NCBI RefSeq assembly: GCF_009834535.1
Contig: NC_045696.1
Coordinates: 52,392,001-52,456,000 of the forward strand
Direction: 5' to 3'
DNA length: 64,000 nt
From: Camelus ferus
Taxonomy: Eukaryota
This document shows positions 25,750-37,182 of the stretch, piece by piece. The translations under genes and the position numbers were made by a program. The notes under the pieces were generated by a model. The model saw only the letters and a program-made list of their open reading frames with translations, had not been told where the DNA came from and made no database searches. How positions within the stretch are numbered: position 1 is the stretch's first letter; each line of letters starts with the position of its first letter.

Positions 25750-27372
25750 TGTGAGAACATCTGTTATTTTGTCTGCCTGGCTCCCCTTTCTGTTGGAAAC
25801 TGCTCCTCTACCGCACCAAGCACTTCTGATGTGGCCATCTTTCCTGCCACACAGGGGTGGTAAAATGACTCAAGGTGGCCAATCAGAGTATCTCATTTCC
25901 CAATGAGATACTGATACTGATTGACCAGAAGTGGGTATGAGACCTAAGTACAGCCAATTAGTGTCTTTTGGGGGAAATTTCTATTGTTACAGGAAGAGAG
26001 TTTATGAGCTGTAAAGATCATTGTAAGATGGAAGAAAATGGTGGACTCCACCACTTAGAAAGAGTAAGCCAACATGGAGGAAGGAATGTCAGGGAACATT
26101 ACTTAAGTATCCAGCTCCAAATATGCCTGAAACCTGAAATCACCCCAACATTCTAAGTCTATAAGACAATAAATACCTATCCCCCGTTAAGGACAGGTTT
26201 ATTTGGGGTATAATTTACATGCAGTGAAATTCACCCTGTTTAGATGAATGGTTCCATGAATTCTGACCAATGTATAAACATTGTATAATCACCACCACAA
26301 TCAAGATATAGAATATTGCTATCACCCCAAAAAGTTCCACCATGCCCCTGTGCAGTTAGTTAGTCTCCTTCTTCTACCCTGCCCCTAGAAACCACTGATC
26401 TGTTTTTCTACCCCTGTAGTTTTACCTTTTCCAGACTCTAATGTAAAATGGAATCAGAAAGTATGTAGCCTTTTGAGTATCAAAAGTTCAATAGTTTGTT
26501 CTTTTTTATTGCTAAGTAGTGTTTCATTGTATGGATATATCACACTTTATTCACTGGTTCATGGGCACATGGACTGTTTGCAGCTTTTGGTGAATATAAA
26601 GAAAACCACAATAAATAATTGTATAAAGGGTTTGTATGGACACATTTTCATTTCTCTTGGGTAAATATACCTAAGCATAGGATTGTTGAGTTATATGGTA
26701 AATACATTTTTGATGTTACAAGAATCTTCCAAGCTATTTCAAAGTGGCTGTATCATTTTGCATTACAACCAGAATGAGAATTTCCACTGCTCAGCTTTCT
26801 CACCAGAATCTGATGTTTTCTTTTCTTGTTTAATTTGAACAATCTAATATATGTCCAGTGGTTTCTCATTGTGGTTTCAGTGAAAATGATAGTGAGCATC
26901 TTTTCATATGCTTATTTGCCAGCCACATCTTTAGTGAAGTATCTGATTGAATCTTTTGCCCATTTTTTATGTTCTTATTATTGTATTATGAGAATACTTT
27001 ATAGATTCTGGATACAAGTCCTTCATCAAATTTATGTTTTGCAAATATTTATTCCTAGTCTGTGGCTTGCCTTTTTATTTTCTTTGCAGTGTTTTTCAAA
27101 GAACAGATGTTTTTAATTTTGAAGAAGTTCAATGTATCAATTGTTTTATTTCATGGGTTATGCATCTAGTGTCCTATCTAAAAAATTTTTACTAAACCCA
27201 AGGCCATGAAAATTTTTTCCAATTTTTTTTTCTGCTAGACGGTTTCTACCTTTAGATTTTACATATAGAACTATGATCAGTTTGGGTTCAGCTCTTGCAT
27301 ATAGTGCTCCTCCCTTTTAAAGATGACTTAATTTGAGTTTTTGCCCTTGGCAACCAGAGTCTTGACTAATAC
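25750..27372 (+). mobile_element. LTR16/MLT1-like LTR split by an L1 insertion (LTR parts about 25750-26185 and 27310-27372)
   Basis: 'ggccaatcagag...gtgggtatgagacctaag...cagccaatt', then 'caataaatacct' resuming after the L1 as 'tttgagtttttgcccttggcaaccagagtcttgactaataca'. Confidence 0.6.
26190..27308 (-). mobile_element. L1MB/ME-like 3' region
   Basis: 'tttatttggggtataatttacatgcagtgaaattcaccc...caccaccacaatcaagatatagaatatt' and ORF2 antisense 'atagattctggatacaagtcctt'. Confidence 0.85.
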
Positions 27373-27399
27373 AAATGGAGTTGTTCCCAAATGTTGAAT

Positions 27400-27860
27400 G
27401 AGAAACATTTTAAGAAAGGACGTATTTAGTGGAGATGTATTTGTAGAAGACGTGTCAGTTCTTTCCAAAATCAATTTAATTTCAGTGAAAATCCCTTTGA
27501 GATTTATTTATTGGATTTTGACAAATTGAATTTTTAACCTAGAAGAATAATGAGTGAGAATAGCAATAAATTTTATAAAAATAAAGAGACTTGGGCTATA
27601 AGATATTAAAATATACAATAAACCACAATAATGAAACCAGTATGGTGCTGGTATGGTGTGCAAACCAGTAGAACAGAATAGGGAGCCTAGATACAGGCCA
27701 GCATATATGATTTATATCAATGCACAATTTTTTTTCAGTAAATGGTGCTGGTAAAAATTAGTTTGAAAATAAATTATGTTCTTATCTAATATCAAAATCC
27801 CAGGTGAATTAGAATGAAATATAAAAAACTGAAACATTTAGAGGAAAACATTCTCAAATG
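27400..27860 (+). mobile_element. Ancient L1M ORF2 remnant
   Basis: 'gatattaaaatatacaataaaccacaataatgaaaccagtatggtgctgg...gaacagaatagggagcctaga'. Confidence 0.6.
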
Positions 27861-28989
27861 ACAGTTCAGAGCTAGCATCTTCTTGGTCTTTTTAGGTGAT
27901 TTAACTTGATTGCATAATTGCCCACGTAGTCTGCATCTCATTTCATTGTACCAAGTTTACCTAGAAATCTAGATTATCTCGGTCTTCTTTGTTGAAAGTG
28001 TAAGCACTCTGTTTTGATGCATAATTTTATTTATTTTTGTCTACTGTTTGTCAGAAGCACTTGTATTCAGGCAAGATTTGTGAAAATATTTTCCCCACCA
28101 AATTAAATATGGCTTCTAATATATTCCAGAGGGAACATTTTATAATTAACTCTGAGGGTGTGGGGTCTAGGGGCAAAGTAGAGAGCCTGAATTGACTGCA
28201 GTGTTTCTGCAGCCACATTTTTCTTCTCTTCATAGATGCTCCAGCCTGGGGGATTAATGTTTACCTTGATTTAATGTCTCATCAGAAGCATGACATCCAC
28301 AGCAGTCTGGCTGCAGCAGGATTAAATGAAGCATGGCCGTTTCTTCAAGAGAGGCTTAAACCTCAAGCCATCAGCCCCAGAGGGGAGGGGCAGGAGATGA
28401 AGAGGCAACAAACTATTGAACCACCAATGATACAGAGTGAGAATGAACAATTTAACCCCTTTCACCTCAGGCACAATTTAGGGCAGACATGAAATCTAGG
28501 AGTTAAACTCAAGAGGAAGCTTTTAGGCTTTCAGGGAAGCTGCTTTGGTCCACTCCTAGCCCACGCCACATGGAGCAAGTGACCTTGAGACAAAGGGATA
28601 AACTCTGTCTTTAAGGGAGAAAGAAAGGGATATTATTTTCAGTGTTTGGAAATTGACTCCAAAGCCCTGTCAGGACAAATTTTTGCCAGAGTAGTATATT
28701 CTTTCTCCCAGAAGCAAGCAGATGAATATAAGAAATGCTAAACCAGGGCAGAGTGAGGGCCAGTCCACCCAGAATTCTGCCTCTGGCAGAGGATCAGGGA
28801 GAGATTTTGAGAACCAAGCATTAAGGGTTTTGCTTTTCATCCCTATCCCCAAATTTTCTGAGTTGCTTCACCAAACCATTAAGGATCTGGTGTCATGAAA
28901 TTATTTGTTTCTTGTAACTCTTGTATTTTTACTTTTTTTTTTACCATTTCAGTAGGATAATGAGTTCTTCAGATTCAATATTGTGTGAT

Positions 28990-29360
28990 GTGGTACTTAT
29001 TTGTCCTAAAATTAACGACTTTGAGTTTCAGGGGGTAGACTTAAATTCTTAGCGTAGCATAGAGTCTCTCTTAATCATGCATAGAGGATCTAGGCTGATC
29101 TTGGGTCTTGTATCTTGATGTTGGCTGGGTCTCTGTCTCCATGTGATCTCTCATTCAGGGTCTTAGTCTGTTTCTTTACATGGAAGAGGAGTGTTCCAAG
29201 AGGCAAATACGGAAGCTGTGTCACAGACCCAACAATTGGCTACATTCTGTTGGTCAGAACAAGTCATAAGATTACCTAGATCCAAAGAGTGGAAAATAGA
29301 TTCTACTTCGTGATGATAAGAGCTGTAAAACATTGTGGCTCTGTTTTTTTAATCTACCAT
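28990..29360 (-). mobile_element. MLT1-type LTR remnant
   Basis: 'ctccatgtgatctctcattcagg...cattctgttggtcagaacaagtcataag...ttttaatctaccat'. Confidence 0.6.
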
Positions 29361-30959
29361 GTTCTGGTCTCTGGCTTCCAGATGCAAAATGTGTTCACCC
29401 TCTTTCCACAAAGTTATTCTCATTATAGCCTCATTATCAAGTTTGAAGTCCACAATCTCAATGTAACTTGAAACAAAAAAATTGATCATTTTTATTGTCA
29501 TAGGTCTCATTGTGCTAAAGATACCTGCCATCTAAGAATTGCCATTCTTAAAAGAGATACTCTTTTGGTGTCCTTAGTGACATAATTTCTTAGTGCCTAA
29601 TTTCTACATCGGGTTTAACTGATTTTCTTGGATGACTTATGAAAAACATGTTTAGATCTGCTGTAAAGACTGTAGGCATAAGTCACATCCTACATTATTA
29701 AACACTAGGGCTTATCATTGCAGGAAATCAGTCCTGTTAATGTCAAATCAAATTTGGAACTTTATCAGTCTGTGTGGCAAATAGGTCTTTCAGATGGCTC
29801 ATTCCATCATAAATCTTATTTGAGCCAAAATGTAGGAAAAGATTGTAAAGGACTGTTTGTCAAATACACCTTGAAAACTGTAGCACTTCAAGGAAGAGTT
29901 GTAGATGGGGGTTCATTTTTAATCTCACTAAGTGTGCTGGCCTGGCCATCCAAAACTTATCCACATCTATTGTGGAAAAGTATGCTTGGGAAAGAGGCAT
30001 CTCAAAATTTCTTCTGACTCCATCTAGATTTTGGGAGTCATGAACCCATTAAAAATCTAATAACAGCCACAAAAAATGATCATACACTCAGGATTTGGGG
30101 ATTTGGGGATTCCTTGAAATCTTTCTTGATAATGCTTCAGTTCTTGAATTTTAAAATGCCTGTCGATCAATTCAGGAGCTTGTCAACAAAGACAGAATCT
30201 CAGGCTCTGGGCTCCAGGATTTGCAATTGGATTAGGCCAGATAAGAATTAGAGATGTCCATTTTTTACAAAAATATGAGATGAGTCTGATGCAGGTTAGT
30301 TTTGAGTTTGGTTGCATTTGAGAAACCTAGAAGTTCATAAACCTTCATTTAATTTTTTTGCTCTTTCTGGAGATAGATATACAACTAAAAACAGCACATG
30401 GATAATTTTTTTCCTTTCCCTCAGTCCCAGAACACTTCACAAGTATTTCAGTGATTCAGCTATTACATCTGGCTCAGCTAATGATGACAATGGAGTAGAC
30501 TTCAGTTGGATAGTTGTTTCATTGTGCATACAGAAATATGATATGGGCTTGGTTACTTAGTTGCAATTTTGAAAATCATGATCCCTTGAACATAGCCCAA
30601 ACTGCTCTTGAAGACTAAACACAAACTATTAACATTCTTCAAATGCTCTAAATGCTGTTAATATATATGTATTCATTTTCATGTACTTGGAATCAGTGTG
30701 GTGATCTTTCTTGTAACATTTCCCATATATATAAGGCTGTACTTATTTCCATCTATCAATATCATTCACATACTTGTTATTTTGTATAGCTATTATATTC
30801 CACTGTGCAAATGTGTCAGAATATGTTTATTTCTCATAGGTGAGCTTTGGCGTATAGATTCTATTTAGCATCAGCTGTATGCAATGGTACCTCTTTTTAA
30901 AAATGATTATTGTGAAAGAATTATTGTGGGAAAACACCTTGCAAACTGATCTTGAAAGA

Positions 30960-32450
30960 TACTTGGGCCTTATATTGACACACAATTAGCCCACAAAAAA
31001 CAGGTAATAAATTGAACCCAAAATGTTGTCAAGGAAGTAAATAAAATTTTAGGCATCATTAAGCATGATGTTAATAGATTCTAGACGGGAATATGGCAAG
31101 TAGAAATCAATCAAAAAAAAAAATGGTGGGGAGAAGCTCCTCCCAGAGAAAACATACTAGCTGCATACAAATTTATGAAGTTGAGTTTGTAAGCATGGCA
31201 GAAGACAACTAGATGATATAGAAAGAGAACTATATGGAAATGATATTGTGTGATATTTCACAGACTTCCTCAGCAGACCAAATATACTTCCTTATGGCAG
31301 ATTATAAAGAGATATATTGGTATTTCAGGAGACTTAAACTCTCTTGAAATCTGTTGGAAGCCTTACTTGGCTAAAAGGAGGACATCTGATAAGTTTTTGA
31401 CTACCCAATTATTTTATTACTGAGAAAGTAAGAGATTAAATGTAGGCAAATTTATCCTGGACTTGACTTTAACCAAGAAGGAAAACCTGATTATTAATGT
31501 AACAGTAAATGCCTAGTACCAAAGAAAAGGAACACTGGGTTTAGTTATTCATGTGCCCTAGACTTTAAAAGCCAATTGTTAAAATGCTTCCTTGAGACTC
31601 TGAAAGGGAAAATAGATGATGAAGGGCAGAAAGTTCTATAAATGCAATTCAGGCTGTATAAAAGTTCTGAAAAGTTCAATGAGGAAGGCAAAAGGAAAGA
31701 CATCTAAGGAAAATAATGTGGTTGCGTAAGTATTCCACTCTAAGTCCAGGTTCATAAAAGACTTTTAAAAAAGATTTAAAGAGAGACATGTAATGAAAGA
31801 TGAATATAAAAGAATGACTGGAATAAAAGAAAAGCACCAAGAAGCCTAAAACACAGAAGTGAATGAGGTAAGCTTTAGACAGAGAAAAAGAGATGGCAAA
31901 AATGATTACTCTAACTATGCAGAGTAAGAAGAAATTACAGGCCTGTGGCATGAAAGAGAGGTACAAGAAAACTCAAGATTTGCAGATGCTATTCCAGTTT
32001 TCAAAGAGAGACATGTTCATGCCAGAAAGTATGAACTAAACAATTGAATTTTAGTTTTTATCAGCAATTTTGATTGGATTTTTAATTAGAAGGCTTGTGA
32101 ACCTTTGAAAAAGAATGTGGTGACCACTAGGCACCAATATGCACTCACCAAGCACGAGTGAAGCCATGTTGATTTCACATCATTTTGAGGTGATGATTGC
32201 CTGCTAATTCAGGAAAGCATCATTGGCTTGGTACCTATTTCAGTGAGGGATTCAGTGAGGGATTTGATTATTTTTCCTTCATGTTATTTAGGATAAAATG
32301 GTAAAGCACTTTATGGATTATTAAATGAATTAATAACTTGTCTGTAGCTACCATTTTAATACTAAGGAAGAAGGTCTTCATTTGACTAAAAAATGGTTTA
32401 TCCTTGGCAGTTCAAAATTTATACCAGTGACTTGAATGAAGGAATGTATT
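30960..32450 (+). mobile_element. L3/CR1 LINE ORF2 fossil (endonuclease through RT)
   Basis: Conceptual peptides GDLNSLEICWKPYLAKRRTSDKFLT (about 31328-31402), FILDLTLTKKENLI (about 31451-31492) and KACEPLKKNVVTTRHQYALTKH (about 32090-32155) resemble CR1 motifs GDFNYPDICW, ILDLILTN and CEHLEK..SQHGF; many stops and indels. Confidence 0.75.
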
Positions 32451-32477
32451 GTGTACTACGTAGCACACATGAGTTTT

Positions 32478-32913
32478 TTTTTTTTAACATTCTTTATTGA
32501 TTTATAATCATTTTACAATGTTGTGCCAAATTCCAGTGTAGAGCACAATTTTTCAGTTATACATGAACATATATATATTCATTGTCACCTTTTTTTCTCT
32601 ATGCGCTACCATAAGATCTTGTGTATATTTCCCTGTGCTATACAGTATAATCTTGTTTATCTATTCTACAATTTTGAAATCCCGCCTATCCCTTCCCACC
32701 CTCCGCCCCCTTGGCAACCACAAGTTTGTATTCTATGTTTATGAGTCTATTTCTGTTTTGTATTTATGCTTTTTTTTTTTTTTTTAGATTCCACATATGA
32801 GCGATCTCATATGGTATTTTTCTTTCTCTTTCTAGCTTACTTCACTTAGAATGACATTCTCCAGGAGCATCCATGTTGCTGCAAATGGCATTATGTTGTC
32901 GGTTTTTATAAAA
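32478..32913 (-). mobile_element. Young 5'-truncated L1 3' end (camelid-type)
   Basis: Poly-T at the left end; perfect 16-bp TSD AGCACACATGAGTTTT at 32462-32477 and 32914-32929; TT/AAAA target on the minus strand. Confidence 0.9.
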
Positions 32914-33112
32914 AGCACACATGAGTTTTAAACACAAATCCCACTAAAACAATTTTGTATAGGATGTTGGTTACTCAGATTTGAATCCTGAACACCACAG
33001 GTGAATCTGAGTCAGGTAGAGCCACATTGGACTATTAGGGTAACAAGAAGTTTTTGTTAACTATTCTGAACTAATCCTCAGTCTCAAAAAAATTGTTGAG
33101 AGTTCACCCCAT

Positions 33113-33498
33113 TGTGGTAGGCTGAATGATGGTCCCCCAAAGATATATAAGTATTAATCCTTGGAATATGTTATTTTACATGGTATAAGACACTTTGCAG
33201 ATATGATTAAGTTAAAGATCTTGAATTGGGAGATTGTCCTGCATTGTCTAAGTGCACCCAGTGTGATCTTAAGTGTCCTTATGAAAGGGTCAAAATCAGA
33301 CAGAAAGATGTGAGGACAGAAGCAGAAGACAGTCTTTAGAAGCTGGGAAAGACAAGGAAATGGAGTCTCCCCTAGAGTTCCCAGAAGGAATTCAGCCCCT
33401 GACTTCTGACCTCCAGAACTGTTAGATAATAAATCTATGTTGTTTTAAGCCATCAAGTTTGTGATAATGTGTTAGAGAATCAAATGAAAACTAATACA
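33113..33498 (+). mobile_element. MaLR MLT1C/D-like solo LTR
   Basis: TGTGGTAGGCTGAAT...AAACTAATACA termini; 5-bp flanks cccat/tccat. Confidence 0.9.
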
Positions 33499-33869
33499 TC
33501 CATACAGAGAAAACCAAGGGATATGTGAAATGTGATATAAAGGTATAGTTTTTCCTCAGGGAGGAACAGATGATCACCATTCACTAGTGGGGCTGAAAGT
33601 ACTGTCTTCATCTAGTTTGGACCCACTTCTGCACATCCTACTTGCTCTTGTTCCATTTTGTCCTACTATGGCATAACTGCTAGCTCAGTACCCTTGTTAC
33701 CTGGCACTGTGCTGAATTTTAGTTAGTGGAAACGTAGTCTTTTTTTTCTTGTAAACTACAATTCCAGGCTTTACTAACATTTTAATCTAAGGGCTATTGC
33801 AAGCATTTTGTGAAAACTTTCAAAACGTATATTTATACTGTTGGGGAGTTAGCTAATCATTTATATTCT

Positions 33870-36800
33870 TTTCCCTCAGCTTTATTGAGATTAAATTGAC
33901 ATAACATTTTGTAAGTTTAAGGTGTACAATGTGGTGATTTGATACACAGACACACTGTGAAATGTTTACCACACTAGGCTAGTTAACACATCCACACCTT
34001 ACATAATTACCATTTTATTGTTGTTGTTATGGTGAGAACACTAAATCTCTTCTCTCATAGTAACTTTCAAGTATACAATACAGTATTGTTAACTATAGGA
34101 ACCATACTGTACATTAGGTCTTTGGAACTTATCAGTCTTACCATTGAAAGTTTGTACCCTTTCATCATTATATCCCCATTATTCCTATCCCTTGCCCCAA
34201 GCCACTGACAACCACCATTTCTATTCTCTGTTTTTATGTATTAAACTTAAAAAAAATTTCACGTATAAGTGATAACATGCTTTATTTGTATTTCTCTGTC
34301 TGGTTTATTTCACCTAGCACAATGACTTCAAGGTACATTCATGTTTTCCCAAATAGCAGGATTTCCTTTTTATGGCTGAATAATATTCCATTTGGTATGT
34401 GTGTAATGACATCTTTATTCATTCATCCATTGACAGACACCTGGTTGTTTCCAAACCTTGGCTATTGTGAATAATGCTTCAATGAACATGATAGCACAGA
34501 TACCACTCTGAGATGATGATTTCCTCTCCTTCATAATTATAATATATCCCTAAGTTAGACTGCTGGATCATATGATAGTTCTATTTTTAATATTTTGAGG
34601 AATACCACACTAATTCCCATAATGACTATACCAATTTACATTCCCACCAGCAGTGCACCAGGGTTCTTTTTTCTCTATGTCCTCTCAGCATTTATCTCTT
34701 ATCTTTTTGATTATAGCTATTCTAAGAGTTGTGGAGTGATATCTTGTTGTTTTGATATGCATTCCCCTAGTGACTATTGATTTTGAGCACTTTTTCATGT
34801 ACTTGTTGGCCATTTCTGTATCTTCTTTGGAAAAATGTCTATTCAAGTCCTCTGCCCATTTTTTAATCTGATTGTTTCTTTGTTTGGTTTTGAATTGTAT
34901 GAATTTCCTACATGATATGAATATTAGCCTTTTACCATATATGATTTGCAAATATTTTCTCATTCTGTAGGTTGACTTTTCATTTTGTTGATTGTTTTAT
35001 AGCTTTTTAGTTTTATGTAGTCCCACTTGTTTATTTTTGCTTTTGTTTTTTGTGGTATCATATCCAAAAAATAATTCCCAAGACTTATGTCAAGGAGTTT
35101 TTCTCCTGTTTTCTTCGTTTTTTTTTTACATTTTAAAGTCTTGCATTTACGTCTTTAATCATTTCAAGTTAACTTTGTGAGTGGTGTTAGATAAGGTTCT
35201 CATTTCATTCTTTTGTATGTGTTTTATCCAAGTTTTCCAACACCATTTGTTGAAGAGACTATCCTTTCTCCATTTAGTATTCCAGGCTCCCTTGTCGAAT
35301 ATTAGTTGACCATATATGTGTTTGTTTATTTCTGGGCTTTTGATTCTGTTCCATTTATCTATGTGTTTGTGTCATTCTGTTTTGATTACTATAGCATTGT
35401 AATATAATTTGAAATCAGGAAGTATGATACTTCCAGCTTTTTTCTTTCTCAAGACTGCTTTGGCTATTTAGGGTTTTTTGTGGTTCCACAGGAATTTTAA
35501 GATTGTCTCTTCTATTTCTGTGAAAAATACTATTGGAATTTTGATAGGGATTACACTGACTCTCTAGATGGCTTTGGGTAATATAAACATCTTAGCAGTA
35601 TTAACATTTCCAATTCAGGAACATGAGATATCTTTCCATTTATTTATGTCTTCAATTTGTTCATCAGTCTTATATTTTTCAGTGTATAGATCTTTCACTT
35701 CTTTGATTAAATTCATTCCTAGGTATTTTATTGTTTTTGATGTTTTAGAAGAAATGGAATTGTTTTCTCTATTTCTTTTTCAGATAATTCATTGTTAGTG
35801 TATAGAAATGCAACTGATTTTTGTATGTTAATTTTGTATCCTGAATCTTTACTGAATGTGTTCATTAATTCTGACAGTTTGTTGGTGGAGTCTTTAAAAT
35901 TTTTTATGTACATGATCATGTCATCAGCAAATGGACAGCTTTACTGCTTCTTTTCCTTTTATTTCTCTTCTTTTCTTTCTTTTTCTGATTGCTCTGGCTA
36001 AGACTTCTAATACTATGTTGAATAGCAGTAGTAAGCATGGGCATCCTTCTCTTATTCTTGATCTGACAGGGTATCTTTCAACCTTTCACCGTTGAGTACA
36101 AGGTTAGCTGTGGGTTTGCCACTTTTATTATGTTGAAGTATGTTTTTTCTATACCCAGATAGTTGAGAATTTTTATCTAATGAGTTGCATCACACTAATT
36201 GACTTTCATATGTTGAACCAACTGTGGCTGCACACTGTCCGCATAAGACTGTGCACTGCACTTAAGGCTGGTGAGGGTGGTCCAGCTTGGGGCATGCGGT
36301 TGGACAGCAGGGGGAACTAATTACAGGAGGGCCCAGTAGTGCAGGCCAGTGACTAGAGATTGGGCTGAATCCAGGCCTGTGAGGGCCTCAGCCATCACCA
36401 TGAACTTCCATGGCTGCGGGATCTTGCCACCAGTATAAACAAGCAGTGGGGGTCAGCTGCTGGGTCTAGAGTGTCATCTCACACTCAGGCAGCTGCAAGA
36501 CTTGGAGTAGCTTCCATTGTGAGTCCTGGACTCCAGCAGGGGTGGGAGGTGAAGGAGGAGAGAGCAGGCAAGAACTCAGGTGGCTGGCATCAGCAAATGT
36601 GAGTATCTGTGGGGCAAAAACCTGGAGAAATCTGCTGGGGGTTCTGCAGCAGCTCTGCTGGCCATTGGTTTCCTCAGTAGTGGAAAGTGCTGGGGTGTTT
36701 GAAGAGCTGGTCACAGGGAACTATGGTTGCTTCTGCTGCATAGATGATATTGGTAGCTCCTGCTTTTCTTCCTTGTTCCTAGCCACCTCTGTTCATCTCA

Positions 36801-37182
36801 GCTTTGCTTGTCCCTGGGTGGAGTGAAAATCAATCTGGTTCTTTGTACAGTGCTTGGAAATGCTGGGGAACCTGGTCATTCACCTTGTTCTCCCTTTTCC
36901 AGTGAGGAAAACTCTTTCAAGTTGGGGAGTTCCCTCTTGTTTCTGAGCAATGCTGGCTTGGGAGATGGGGTGATATATACAAAATGAAGCTGTTTTTCTT
37001 TTCTTGTTGTGTGGCTATTCTCAAGTTTTTTGTTCCACTGTATTGCTGAAGTTTATTAAGTGAACACCAGAGCTGTCTCAGAGATGTTTCTGTTTGTGTA
37101 TAATTGTTCACTGTCTAATTGTTGATCTTTGTTGGAGGACAGAAGCTGAGATCTCTTACTCTGCCATCTTGGTGACATCATT
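33870..37182 (-). mobile_element. L1MA-like LINE-1: 3'UTR plus ORF2 3' half joined to a 5'UTR-like segment
   Basis: 3' end 'cagctttattgagattaaattgacataacattttgtaagtttaaggtgtacaa'; degenerate ORF2 peptides (34685-34963 KKWAEDLNRHFSKED; 35728-35919 [18 protein letters not shown]); 5'-start-like 'tgatgtcaccaagatggcagagtaag' on minus at about 37155-37180. Confidence 0.85.
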
